Source of the DNA: Isurus oxyrinchus
Lineage: Eukaryota
Direction of reading: 5' to 3'
DNA length: 64,000 nt
Assembly (NCBI GenBank): GCA_026770705.1
Contig: JANJGN010000021.1
Span: forward strand, 76,384,001 to 76,448,000
Part shown: positions 1 through 13,500 of the stretch, in pieces
Layout: each line of letters opens with the position of its first letter
How positions within the stretch are numbered: position 1 is the first letter of the stretch
Made by a program: the position numbers and the translations under genes
Notes under the pieces: model-generated
What the model saw: only the letters and a program-made list of their open reading frames with translations
Database searches by the model: none
Told to the model about the DNA's origin: nothing

Positions 1-1660
1 TCCGTGCTGAGTTCTAGGTGCCCAGTGCCGAGTGCCAGGTCCTCCTGCCGTGTGCCAGGGCCCCCGCGCTGAGTGCCAGATCCCGATGCTGAGCTCCAGC
101 ACGCCCGTGCCAAGTGCCAGGGCCCCAGTGCTGAGTTCCAGGGCCCCATGCTGAGTGCCTGGGTCCCATGCTGAGTGCCTGGTCCCAGTGCTGAGCAGCA
201 GGCCTCCGTGCAGAGCACCAGGGCCCCCACTGCCGAGTGCCAGAGTCCCAGAGCTGTGTGACAGGGCCGCCGTGCTGAATGCCAGGGTGCCCGTGCAGAG
301 CGCCATGGCCCTCGTGCCGAGAGTCAGTTCCCCATGCTGAGTGCTAGGGCCTCTGGGCAGAGCACCACGCCGCCGTGCAGAGCACCAGTGCACCCATGCA
401 GAGTGCCAGTGCCCCTGTGCTGAATGCCAGGGTCCCAGTGCTGACTGCCAGAGCCCTTGTGCTGAGCGCCAGGGTCACAGTACTGAGTGCCAGGCCCCTG
501 TGCTGAGTGCCAGGTACCCAATGCCTAGTGCCAGTGCCCCTGTGCCAAGATCCAGGGCAGCCGTGCTGAGTGCCAGGGTCCCAGCGCTGAGTGCCAGGGC
601 CCCCATGCTGAATGCCAGGGTGCCCGTGCAGAGCGCCAGGGCCCCAGTGCTGAGTACCAGGGCCCCCACTGCCGAGTGCCAGGGCCCCCGTGCTGAGTGC
701 CAGGGCCCCCGTGCTGAGTGCCAGGCCTCCATGCAGAGCGCCAGGATCCCACTGCTGAATGTACCAGTTTCCTCCGTGCTGAGTTCTAGGTGCCCAGTGC
801 CGAGTGCCAGGTCCTCCTGCCGTGTGCCAGGGCCCCCGCGCTGAGTGCCAGATCCCGATGCTGAGCTCCAGCACGCCCGTGCCAAGTGCCAGGGCCCCAG
901 TGCTGAGTTCCAGGGCCCCATGCTGAGTGCCTGGGTCCCATGCTGAGTGCCTGGTCCCAGTGCTGAGCAGCAGGCCTCCGTGCAGAGCACCAGGGCCCCC
1001 ACTGCCGAGTGCCAGAGTCCCAGAGCTGTGTGACAGGGCCGCCGTGCTGAATGCCAGGGTGCCCGTGCAGAGCGCCATGGCCCTCGTGCCGAGAGTCAGT
1101 TCCCCATGCTGAGTGCTAGGGCCTCTGGGCAGAGCACCACGCCGCCGTGCAGAGCACCAGTGCACCCATGCAGAGTGCCAGTGCCCCTGTGCTGAATGCC
1201 AGGGTCCCAGTGCTGACTGCCAGAGCCCTTGTGCTGAGCGCCAGGGTCACAGTACTGAGTGCCAGGCCCCTGTGCTGAGTGCCAGGTACCCAATGCCTAG
1301 TGCCAGTGCCCCTGTGCCAAGATCCAGGGCAGCCGTGCTGAGTGCCAGGGTCCCAGCGCTGAGTGCCAGGGCCCCCATGCTGAATGCCAGGGTGCCCGTG
1401 CAGAGCGCCAGGGCCCCAGTGCTGAGTACCAGGGCCCCCACTGCCGAGTGCCAGGGCCCCCGTGCTGAGTGCCAGGCCTCCATGCAGAGCGCCAGGATCC
1501 CACTGCTGAATGTACCAGTTTCCTCCGTGCTGAGTTCTAGGTGCCCAGTGCCGAGCGCCAGGTCCTCCTGCCGTGTGCCAGGGCCCCCGTGCTGAGTGCC
1601 AGATCCCAATGCTGAGATCCAGCGCGCCCGTGCCAAGTGCCAGGGCCCCAGTGCTGAGTT
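1..1660. repeat. 772-bp higher-order tandem duplication (second copy lacks one 21-bp monomer)
   Basis: Identical translated ORFs at a constant offset of 772 (155/927, 324/1096). The ORFs at 341 and 1113 differ by exactly 7 aa (167 vs 160). Confidence 0.9.
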
Positions 1661-4600
1661 CCAGGGACCCGGTGCTGATTGCTAGGGCCCCATGCTGAGT
1701 GCCAGGCTCCAGTGCTGAGTGCAGGGCCCCAGTGCTGAGTACCAGGATCCTGTACCAAGTGCCGAGCGCCAGGGTGCCTTGCCTAGTGCCAGAGTCCCCA
1801 CGCTGAGCTCCAGGGACCCAGTGCCGAGTGCCAGGGCCCCCATGCTGAGCTGGACCCACGTCCCAAGTGCCAGTCCCCCGTGCCAAGCACCAGGGCCCTC
1901 GCACTGACAGTCAGGTCCCCGTGCTAAGTTCCAGGACCCCATGCTGAGTGCCAGGTCCCCGTGCAGAGCGCCAGGGCCCCCACTGCCGAGTGCCAGGTCC
2001 CCGTGCTGAGTGCCAGGGTCCCCACGCTAAGTGCCAGGGGCCCCTTGCCGAGGACCAGGGCACCCACTGCTGAGTGCCAGGGTCCCCGTGCTGAGTACCA
2101 GGACACCCATGTTAAGTGCCAGATATCCAGTGCCGAGCGCCAGGGCCCCCGTGCTGAGTGCCAGGATCCCATTGCTGAATGTACCAGTTTCCCCCGCGCT
2201 GAGCTCCAGGTGCCCGGTGCCGAGTGCCAGGTCCCCCTGCCGAGTGCCAGAGTCCCTGCGCTGAGCTCCACGGCAGCAGTGCCGAGTGCCAGGTCCCCCT
2301 GCCGAGTGCCAGGGCCCGCGCGCTGAGCTCCAGGGCCCACATGTCAAGTGCCAGGGACCCAGTGTTGATTGCCAGGGCCCGCGTGCCAAGCACCAGGGCC
2401 CTCGTGCTGAGAGTCACTTCCCCCACTGCCGAGTGCCAGGGCCCCCGTGCTGAGTGCCAGGCCTCCATGTAGAGCGCCAGGATCCCACTGCTGAATGTAC
2501 CAGTTTCCCCCGTGCTGATTTCTAGGTGCCCAGTGCCGTGCGCCAGGTCCCCCTGCCGAGTGCCAGGGCCCCCTCGCTGAGCTCTAGGGCCCCCGTGCTG
2601 AGTGCCAGATCCCAATGCTGAGCTCCAGCGGCCCCGTGCCAAGTGCCAGGGCCCCAGTGCTGAGTTCCAGGGCCCCATGCTGAGTGCTTGGGTCCCATGC
2701 TGAGTGCCTGGTCCCAGTGCTGAGCAGCAGGCCTCCGTGCAGAGCACCAGGGCCCCCACTGCCGAGTGCCAGGGTCCCAGAGCTGTGTGAAAGGGCCGCC
2801 GTGCTGAATGCCAGGGTGCCCGTGCAGAGCGCCATGGCCCTCGTGCCGAGAGTCAGTTCCCCATGCTGAGTGCTAGGGCCTCTGGGCAGAGCACCACGCC
2901 CCCATGCAGAGCACCACTTCACCCATGCAGAGCGCCGTGCCCCTGTGCTGTATGCCAGGGTCCCAGTGCTGACTGCCAGTGCCCTTGGGCTGAGCGCCAG
3001 GGTCACAGTACTGAGTGCCAGGCCCCCGTGCTGAGTGCCAGATACCCAATACCTAGTGCCAGTGCCCCTGTGCCAAGTTCCAGGGCCCCCGTGCTGAGTG
3101 CCAGTCCTCCATGCAGAGCGCCAGGATCCCACTGCTGAATGTACCAGTTTCCCCCGTGCAGAGATCCAGGTGCCCAGTGCCGAGTGCCAGGTCCCCCTGC
3201 CGAGTGCCAGAGTCCCCGCGCTGAGCTCCACGGTAGCAGTGCCGAGTGCCAGGTCCCCCTGCCGAGTGCCAGGGCCCGCGCGCTGAGCTCCAGGGCCCAC
3301 ATGCCAAGTGCCAGGGACCCAGTGTTGATTGCCAGGGCCCGCGTGCCAAGCACCAGGGACCTCGTGCTGAGAGTCACTTCCCCCATGCTGAGTGCTAGGA
3401 CCCCTGGGCAGAGCACCAGGCCCCCGTGCAGGGCACCAGTGCCCCCATGCAGAGCGCCAGTGCCCCCGTGCAGAGCGCCAGTGCCCCCGTGTTGAGTGCC
3501 AGGGTCCCAGTGCTGAGTGCCACGATTCCGTGCCGAACGCCAGGGCCCGCGTACTGACTGCCAGGACTCCCCGTGCTGAGCACAAGGGCCCCTGTGCTGA
3601 GTGTCAGGGCCCCATGCTGAGTGCCTGGGTCCCATACTGAGTGCCTGGTTCCAGCGCTGAACAGCAGGCCCCCGTGCAGAGCACCAGGGCTCCCACTGCC
3701 GAGTGCCAGGGTCCCAGCACTGTGTGACAGGGCCCCCGTGCTGAATGCCAGGGTGCCCGTGCAGAGTGCCAGGGCCCTCGTGCTGAGAGTCAGTTCCCCA
3801 TGCTGAGTGCTAGGGCCTCTGGGCAGAGCATCACACACCCGTGCAGAGTGCCAGTGCACCCATGCAGAGCACCAGTGCCCCCGTGCTGAATGCCAGGGTC
3901 CCAGTGCTGACTGCCAGTGCCCTCGTGCTGGGCACCAGGGTCACATTACTGAGTGACAGGCCCCCGTGCTGAGTGCCAGGTACCCAATGCCTAGTGCCAA
4001 TGCCCCTGTGCCAAGATCCAGGGCAGCCGTGCTGAGTGCCAGGGCCCCCGTGTTGAGTGCCAGGCCTCCATGCAGAGCGCCAGGATCCCACTGCTGAATG
4101 TACCAGTTTCCCCCGTGCTGAGTTCTAGGTGCCCAGTGCCGAGCGCCAGGGGCCCCGCTCTGAGCTCCAGGGCTCCCGTGCTGAGTGCCAGATCCCGATG
4201 CTGAGCTCCAGCGCCCCCGTGCCAAGTGCCAGGGCCCCAGTGCTGAGTTCCAGGGACCCAGTGCTGAGTGCCAGGGCCCCCATGCCGAGCTGGACACACG
4301 TCCCAAGTGCCAGTGCCCCGTGCCAAGTGCCAGGGCCCTCGCACTGACAGTCAGGTCCCCGTGCTAAGTTCCAGGACCCCATGCTGAGTGCCAGGTCCCC
4401 GTGCAGAGCACCAGGGCCCACGTGCTGAGCTCCAGGGCCCACATGCCAAGTGCCAGGGACCCAGTGTTGATTGCCAGGGCCCACGTGCCAAGCACCAGGG
4501 ACCTCGTGCTGAGAGTCACTTCCCCATCCTGAGTGCTAGGGCCCCTGGGCAGAGCACCACGGCCCCGTGCAGAGCACTAGTGCCCCCATGCAGAGCGCCA

Positions 4601-5279
4601 GTGCACCTGTGCAGAGCGCCAGTGCCCCCGTGCAGAGCGCCAGTGCCCCCGTGTTGAGTGCCAGGATCCCACTGCTGAATGTACCAGTTTCCCCCGCGCT
4701 GAGCTCCAGGTGCCCAGTGAGAGTGCCAGGTCCCCCTGCCGAGTGCCAGGGCCCACGCGCTGAGCTCCAGGGCCCACATGCCAAGTGCCAGGGACCCAGT
4801 GTTGATTGCCAGGGCCCGCGTGCCAAGCACCAGTGACCTCGTGCTGAGAGTCACTTCCCCCACTGCCGAGTGCCAGGGCCCCCGTGCTGAGTGCCAGGCC
4901 TCCATGCAGAGCGCCAGGATCCCACTGCTGAATGTACCAGTTCCCCCCGTGCTGAGTTCTAGGTGCCCAGTGCCGAGCGCCAGGTCCTCCTGCCGAGTGC
5001 CAGGGCCCGCGTGCCAAGCACCAGGGACCTTGTGCTGAAAGTCTCTTCCCCCATGCTGAGTGCTAGGGCCCCTGGGCAGAGCGCCAGTGCCCCCGTGCAG
5101 AGCGCCAGTGCCCCCGTTTTGAGTGCCAGGGTCCCAGTGCTGAGTGCCAGGCCCCCATACTGAGTGCCAGGCCCCCGTGCTGATTGCCTGACCCCCGTGC
5201 TGAGTGCCAGGCCCCCTGTGCTGAGTGCCAGGGCCCATGTGCCTTGTTCCAGTGCCCCCGTGCCGAGCTCTAGGAGGCC

Positions 5280-7080
5280 TGTGCTGAGTGTCAGGGCCCC
5301 GTACTGAACGTCAGGCTCCAGTGCTGAGTGCAGGGCCCCAGTGCTGATTTCCAGGATCCTGTGCCGAGCGCTGGGTTCCAGTGCTGACTGCCAGGAACCG
5401 TGCTGAGTGCCAGGCTCCAGTGCTGAGTGCAGGGTCCCAGTGATGAGTGCCAGGGCTCCCTTGCCGGGCACCAGGGCCCTCAATGCTGAGCGCCAGGGTC
5501 CTAGTGCTCAGTGCTAGGGTCCCAGTGCTGAGTACCAGGGCCCCCATGGTAAGTGGCAGGGCTCCCGTGCTGAATGCCAGGACCCTTGAGCCGAGCACCA
5601 GGACCACCGTGCAGAGGGCCAAGGCCCCGTGCTGAGTGCCAGAACCCGTGCTGAGTGCCAGGGTTCCAGAGCTGAGTGCCAGACCCCCATGCCGAGTGCC
5701 AGAGCACCCTGGCTGGGCACCAGGGACCCCACTGCTGAGCGCCAGGGTCCCAGTGCTGAGTACCAGGTCCCTCGTGTTAAGTGCCAGGGACCCCGTGCAA
5801 GTGCCGGGGTTCCCGTGCTGATTGCCAGGACCTCCATGCTGAGCACCAGGCCCCTGTGCTGAGTACCAGTTTCCCCCGCGCTGAGCTCCAGGTGCCCGGT
5901 GCCGAGTGCCAGATCCCCCTGCCGAGTGCTAAAGTCCCCGCGCTGAGCTCCAGGGTAGCAGTGCCGAGTGCCAGGTCCCCCTGCCGAGTGCCAGGGCCCG
6001 CGCGCTGAGCTCCAGGGCCCACATGCCAAGTGCCAGGGACCCAGTGCTGATTGCCAGGGCCCGCGTGCCGAACTGGATCCCCGTGCCAACCACCAGGGAC
6101 CTCGTGCTGAGAGTCACTTCCCCATGCTGAATGCTAGGGCCCCTGGGCAGAGCACCAGGCTCCTGTGCAGAGCGCCAGTGCCCCCAAGCAGAGCACCAGT
6201 GCCCCCGTGCTGATGCCAGGGACCCAGTGCTGAGTGCCAGGCCCCTGTGCTAAGTGCCAGGCCCCCGTGCTGAGTGCCAGGGCCCCTGTGCTGAGTTCCA
6301 GTGCCCCCATGCCGAGCTCCAGTAGGCCCGTGCAGAGTGTCAGGACCCTGTGCCGAGTACCAGGGCACCCGTGCTGAGTGTGAGGCCCCCGTGCTGAGCG
6401 CCAGGCTCCAGTGCTGAGTGCCAGGGTCCCAGTGCTGATGCCAGGTCCCAATGCTGAGCGCCAAGGCTCCCGTGCTGAGCACCAGGCCCCTGTGCTGAGG
6501 GGAAGGTTCCCAGTGCTGAATATCAGGACCCCCATGCTAAGTGCCAGGGCCCCATGCTGAGTGCCAGGGCCCCCGTGCTAAGTGCCAGGGCCCCATGCTG
6601 AGTGCCAGGGCCCCATGCTGAGTGCCAGGGCCCCCGTGCTAAGTGCCAGGGCCCCATGCTGAGAGCCAGGGCCCCCGTGCTGAGCACCACAGCCAGTGTA
6701 TTGAGCACCAGGCCCACGCGCTGAGTGTCAGGGCCCCATACCGAGCGTCAGGCTCCAGTGCTGAGTGCAGGGCCTCCGTGCTGAGTACCAGGATCCTGTG
6801 CCGAGCCCCGGGTTCCAGTGCTGAGTGCCAGGAACCGTGCTGAGTGCCAGGATCCAGTGCTGAGTGCAGGGCCCCAGTGCTGAGTGCCAGGGCACCCTTG
6901 CCGGGCACCAGGGCCCCCAATGCTGAGCGCCAGGGTCCCAGTGCTCAGTGCTAGGGTCCCAGTGGTGAGTACCAGGGCCCCCATGTTAAGTGGCAGGGCT
7001 CCCGTGCTGAATGCCAGGACCCTTGAGCCGAGCGCCAGGGCCACCGTGCAGAGCGCCAAGGCCCCGTGCTGAGTGCCAGG
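5280..7080. repeat. Diverged internal duplication in the satellite, offset about 1437 bp
   Basis: Near-identical ORFs 5311..5622 / 6748..7059 and 5447..5635 / 6884..7072 (offset 1437), with scattered substitutions. Confidence 0.75.
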
Positions 7081-10000
7081 TCCCCAGTGCTGAGTGCCAG
7101 GCTCCCGTGCTGACTGCCAGGGCCCTCTGGCTGGGCACCAGGGCCCCCACTGCTGAATGCCAGGTCCCCATGGTGAGCACCAGGGTGTCAGTGCTGACTG
7201 CCAGGGTCCCAGTGCTGAGCGCTAGGGTCCCAGTGCTCAGTACCAGGGCCCTCGTGTTAAGTGCCAGGGACCCTGTGCAAGTGCCATGGTTCCTGTGCTG
7301 AGTACCAGGCCCCCATGCTGAGTTCCAGGTGCCCAGTGCCGAGCGCCAGGTTCCCCTGCCGAATGCCAGAGTCCCCGTGCTGAGCTCCATGGACCCAGTG
7401 CCGAGCGCCAGGTTCCCCTGCCGAATGCCAGAGTCCCCGTGCTGAGCTCCATGGACACAGTGCTGAGCGCCAGGTCCCCCTGCCGAGTGCCCGGGCCCCT
7501 GTGCTGAGTGCTAGGGCCCCCATGCTGAGTGCCAGGGAGCCCCTGTGCTGAGCACAAGGGCTGCTGTGCTGAATACCAGGGCACCCGTGCTGAGTGCCTG
7601 GGTCCCAGCGCTGAGTGGCAGGGCCCCCGTGCTGAGTGCCAGATATCCAGTGCCAATCGCGGGGCCGCCGTGCTGAGTGCCAGGCCTCTGTGCAGAGTGC
7701 AAGGATCCCAGTGCTGAATGTAACAGTTTCCCCCACGCTGAGCTCCAGGGACCCAGTGCTGAGCGCCAGGTCCCCCTGCCGAGTGCCTGGGCCACCGTGT
7801 GGAGTGCTAGGGACCCAGTGTTGAGTGCCAGAACGCCCACGATGAGCTCCAGTGACCCAGTGCTGAGTGCCAGGACCCCCATGCCAAGCTGGATCCCCTC
7901 CCCAAGCGCCAGTCCCATGTGTCAAGTGCCAGGTCCCCATGATGAGCACCAGGGTGTCAGTGCTGACTGCCAGGGTCCCAGTGCTGAGCGCTAGGGTGCC
8001 AGTGCTGAGTACCAGGGCCACCGTGTTAAGTGCCAGGGACCCCGTGCAAGTGCCAGGGTTCCCATGCTGAGCACCAGGCCCCCATGCTGAGTTCCAGGTG
8101 CCCAGTGCTGAGCGCTAGGTCCCCCTGCCAAGTGCCTGGGCACCTGTTCTGAGTGCCAGCGACCCCCCGTGCTGAGCATAAGGGCCACTGTGCTGAATAC
8201 CAGGGCCCCTGTGCTGAGTGCCTGGGTCCCAGCGCTGAGTGGCAGGGCCCCCGTGCTGAGTGCCAGATATCCAGTGCCGAGCGCAGGGCCGCCGTGCTGA
8301 GTGCCAGATATCCCGTGCCGAGCACGAGGCCGCCGTGCTGAGTGCCAGGCCCCCATGCTGAGTGCCAGGCCCCCGTGCTGACTGCCAGGGTCCCAGTACT
8401 GAGATCCAGGTCCCCCTGCCGAGTGCCAGGGCCCGCGCACTGAGCTCCAGGGCCCACGTGTCGAGTGCCAGGGCCCCAGTGCTGAGCTCCAGGGCACCAG
8501 TGCCGAGTTCCAGGGACCCAGTGCTGAATACCAAGGTCCCCATACTGAGTGGCAGGGTCCCTGCGCTGAGTTCCAGGTACCCAGTGCTGAATACCAAGGT
8601 CCCCATACTGAGTGGCAGGGTCCCTGCGCTGAGTTCCAGGTACCCAGTGCTGATCGCCAGGGCCCGCGTGCCAAGCTGGATCCCATGCCAAGCACCAGGG
8701 CCCCCGTGCTGAGTGCCAGGGCCCCCTTGCTGGGCACCAGGGACCCCACTGCTGAGTGCCAGTGTCCCAGTGCTGAGTGCTAGGGTCCCAGTGCTGAGTA
8801 CTAGGGCCCCTGTATTAAGTGCCGGGGTTCCGTGCTGAGTGCCAGGACCCCCGTGCTGAGTACCAGGTTCCCCTGTGGGGAGTTCCAGGTGCCCAGTGCC
8901 GAGCGCCAGGTCCCCCTGCCGAGTGCCCGGGACCCAGTGTCGAGTACCAGGACCCCCCATGCTGAGCACAAGGGCCGCTGTGCTGAATACCAGGGCCCCC
9001 GTGCTGAGTGCCTGGGTCCCAGCGCTGAGTGGCAGTGCCCCCGTGCTGAGTGCCAGATATCCAGTGCCGATCGCGGGGCCGCCGTGCTGAGTGCCAGGCC
9101 TCCGTGCAGAGCGCCAGGATCCCAGTGCTGAATGTAACAGTTTCCCCCGCGCTGAGCTCCAGGTGCTCAGTGCCGAGTGCCAGGTCTCCTTGCTGAGCAC
9201 CAGGGCCCCCGCACTGAGCTCCAGGGCCCATGTGCTGAGTGCCAGGGCCCCAGTGCTGAATACCAGGGTCCCCATACCGAGCGCCAGGATCCCCGTGCTG
9301 AGTGCCAGGGCCCCATGCTGAGTGCCATGGCCCCCGTGCAGAGCATCACGGCCAGCGTATTGAGAACCAGGTCCATGTGCTGAATGCCAGGATCGCAGTG
9401 CTGAATGTACCAGTTTCCCCCGCACTGAGCTCCGGGTGCCCACTGCCGAGTGCCAGGTCCCCTTGCCGAGTGCCAGGGCCCCGGTGCTGAGTACGAGGGC
9501 CCCCGTGCCAAGCACCAGGACACTCGTGCTGAGAGTCAGTTCCCCATGCTAAATGCTAGGGCCCCTGGGCAGAGCACCAGGCCCCCGTGCAGAGTGCCCG
9601 TGCACCCGTGCAGAGCGCCAGTGGCCCCGTGCTGAGTGCCAGACCCCCGTGCTGAGTGCCAGGGCCCCAGTGCTGAGTGCCAGGCTCCCGTGCTGACTGC
9701 CAGGGCCCTCTGGCTGGGCACCAGGGCCCCCACTGCTGAATGCCAGGTCCCCATGGTGAGCGCCAGGGTGTCAGTGCTGACTGCCAGGGTCCCAGTGCTG
9801 AGCGCTAGGATCCCAGTGCTGAGTACCAGGGCCCCTGTGTTAAGTGCCAGGGACCCTGTGCAAGTGCCAGGGTTCCTGTGCTCAGTGCCAGGACCCCATG
9901 CTGAGCACCCGGCCCCCATGCTGAGTTCCAGGTGCCGAGCGCCAGGTTCCCCTGCCGAGTGCCCGGGCCCCGTGCTGAGTGCTAGGGCCCCCGTGCTGAG

Positions 10001-10514
10001 TGCCAGGGACCCCATGTGCTGAGCACAAGGGCTGCTGTGCTGAATACCAGGGACCCCGTGCTGAGTGCCTGGGTCCCAGCACTGAGTGGCAGTGCCCCCG
10101 TGCTGAGTGCCAGATATCCAGTGCCGATCGCGGGGCCGCCGTGCTGAGTGCCAGATATCCAGTGCCAATCGCGGGGCCGCCGTGCTGAGTGCCAGATATC
10201 CAGTGCCAATCGTGGGGCCGCCGTGCTGAGTGCCAGGCCTCCGTGCAGAGTGCAAGGATCCCAGTGCTGAATGTAACCGTTTCCCCCGCGCTGAGCTCCA
10301 GGGACCCAGTGCTGAGCGCCAGGTCCCCCTGCCGAGTGCCCGGGCCACCGTGTGGAGTGCTAGGGACCCAGTGTTGAGTGCCAGAACCCCCACAATGAAC
10401 TCCAGTGACCCAGTGCTGAGTGCCAGGACCCCCATGCCGAGTTGGAGCCCCTCCCCAAGCGCCAGTCCCATGTGCCAAGTGCCAGGGCCCCATGCTGAGT
10501 GCCAGGGCCCCACT

Positions 10515-13500
10515 GCCGAGTGCCAGGACCCTGTGCTGAGCACCAGGTCCCCGTGCTGAGTGCCAGGGCCCCAGTGCTGAGTGCCAGGCCCCTGTGCTGA
10601 GTGCCAGGGCCCTCTGGCTAGGCGCCAGGGCCCCCACTGCTGAATGCCAGGTCCCCATGATGAGCACCAGGGTGTCAGTGCTGACTACCAGGGTCCCAGT
10701 GCTGAGCGCTAGGGTGCCAGTGCTGAGTACCAGGGCCCCCGTGTTAAGTGCCAGGGACCCAGTGCAAGTGCCAGGGTTCCTGTGCTGAGCACCAGGCCCC
10801 CATGCTGAGTTCCAGGTGCCCAGTGCTGAGCGCCATGTCCCCCTGCCGAGTGCCCGGGCCCCCATTCTGAGTGCCAGGGACCACCCGTGCTGAGCACAAG
10901 GGCCGCTGTGCTGAATACCAGGGCCCCTGTGCTGAGTGTCTGGGTCCCAGCGCTGAGTGGCAGGGCCCCCGTGCTGAGTGCCAGGGCCCCACGCTGTGTG
11001 CCAGGGCCCCCGTGCTAAGTGCAGGGCCCCATGCTGAATGCCAGATATCCATTGCCGAGCGCGGGGCCGCCGTGCTGAGTGCCAGGCCTCCGTGCAGAGC
11101 GCCAGGATCCCAGTGCTGAATGTAACAGTTTCCCCCGCGCTGAGCTCCAGGTGCCCAGTGCCGAGCGCCAGGTCCCCCTGCCGAGTGCCAGAGACCCAGC
11201 ACTGAGCTCCAGGGTCCCAGTGCCAAGCGCCAGGTCCCCTTGCTGAATGCCAGGACCCCCGCACTGAGCTCCAGGGCCCATGTGCTGAGTGCCAGGGCCA
11301 CAGTGCTGAGTACCAGGGCCCCCGCGCTGACTGCCAGATCTCCCTGCAGTGCGCCAGGGTCCCAGTGCTGAATGTAACAGTTTCCCCCGCGCTGAGCTCC
11401 AGGTGCCCAGTGCTGAGCGCCAGGTCCCCTTGCTGAGTGTCAGGGCCCCTGCACTGAGCTCCAGGGCCCATGTGCCGAGTGCCCAGGCCACAGTGCTGAG
11501 TACCAGGGCCCCCGTTCCGAGCGCCAGGGCCCCTGCGCTGAGTGCCAGAGCTCCGTGCAGAGCGCCAGGGTCCCAGTGCTGAATGCACCAGTTTCCCCCG
11601 CATTGAACTCCAAGGACCCAGTGCTGAGTGCCAGGACCCCTGCCGAATCACAGGGCCCCCGCGCTGAGTTCCAGGGACCCAGTGCTGATTGTCAGGGCCC
11701 CCGTGCCGAGCTGGATCCCCATGACAAGCACCAGGGCCCTCGTGCTGAGAGTCAGTTCCCCATGCTGAGTGCTAGGGCCCCTGGGCAGAGCACCAGGCCC
11801 CCATGCAGAGCGCCAATGCATCCATGCAGAGCACCAGTGCCCCCATGCTGAGTGCCAGGGTCCCAGTGCTGAGTGCCCGTGCCCCTGTGCTGAGTGCCAG
11901 GCCCCCAAGCTGAGCGCCAGGCCCCCGTGCTGACCGCCAGGGTCCCAGTGCTGAGATCCAGGTCCCCCTGCCGAGTGCCAAGGCCCCAGTGCTGAGCTCC
12001 AGGGCACCAGTGCCATGTTCCAGGGACCCAGTGCTGAGTACCAAGGCCCGCATGCCAAGCTGGATCCCGTGCCAAGCACCAGAGCCCCAGTGCTGAGTGC
12101 CAGGCCACCGTGCTGAGTGCCAGGGCCCCCTTGCTGGGCACCAGGGACCCCACTGCTGAGTGCCAGTGTCCCAGTGCTGAGTGCTAGGGTCCCAGTGCTG
12201 AGTGCCAGGGCTCCACTGCCGAGTGCCAGGTCTCCCGTGCTGAGCACCAGGTCCCTGTGCTGAGTGCCAGGACCCCAGTGCTGAGTGCCAGGCCCCTGTG
12301 CTGAGTGCCAGGGCCCTCTGGCTAGGCGCCAGGGCCCCCACTGCTGAATGCCAGGTCCCCATGATGAGCACCAGGGTGTCAGTGCTGACTACCAGGGTCC
12401 CAGTGCTGAGTGCTATGGTGCCAGTGCTGAGTACCAGCGACCCTGTGTTAAGTGCCAGGGACCCAATGCAAGTGCCAGGGTTCCTGTGCTGAGCACCAGG
12501 CCCCCATGCTGAGTTCCAGGTGCCCAGTGCTGAGCACCAGGTCCCCCTGCTGAGTGCCCGGGCCCCCATTCTGAGTGCCAGGGAACCCCCGTGCTGAGCA
12601 CAAGGGCCGCTGTGCTGAATACCAGGGCCCCTGTGCTGAGTGTCTGGGTCCCAGCGCTGAGTGGCAGGGCCCCCGTGCTGAGTGCCAGGGCCCCACGCTG
12701 TGTGCCAGGGCCCCCGTGCTAAGTGCCAGGGCCCCATGCTGAATGCCAGATATCCATTGCCGAGCGCGGGGCCTCCGTGCAGAGCGCCAGGATCCCAGTG
12801 CTGAATGTAACAGCGTCCCCCACGCTGAGCTCCAGGTGCTCAGTGCCGAGCGCCAGGTCCCCCTGCTGAGTGCCAGAGACCCCGCACTGAGCTCCAGGGT
12901 CCCAGTGCCAAGCGCCAGGTCCCCTTGCTGAATGCCAGGACCCCCGCACTGAGCTCCAGGGCCCATGTGCTGAGTGCCAGGGCCACAGTGCTGAGTACCA
13001 GGGCCCCCGTTCCGAGCGCCAGGGCCCCTGCACTGAGTGCCAGAGCTCCGTGCAGAGCGCCAGGGTCCCAGTGCTGAATGCACCAGTTTCCCCCGCATTG
13101 AGCTCCAAGGACCCAGCGCTGAGTGCCAGGTCCCCCTGCCGAGTGACAGGGCCCCCACGCTGAGTTCCAGGGACCCAGTGCTGATTGTCAGGGCCCCCGT
13201 GCCGAGCTGGATCCCCATGACAAGCACCAGGGCCCTCGTGCTGAGAGTCAGTTCCCCATGCTGAGTGCTAGGGCCCCTGGGCAGAGCACCAGGCCCCCAT
13301 GCAGAGCGCCAATGCATCCATGCAGAGCACCAGTGCCCCCATGCTGAGTGCCAGGGTTCCCAGTGCTGAGTGCTGGTGCCCCTGTGCTGAGTGCCAGGAC
13401 CCCATGCTGAGCGCCAGGCCCCCGTGCTGACCGCCAGGGTCCCAGTGCTGAGATCTAGGTCCCCCTGCCGAGTGCCAAGGCCCCAGTGCTGAGCTCCAGG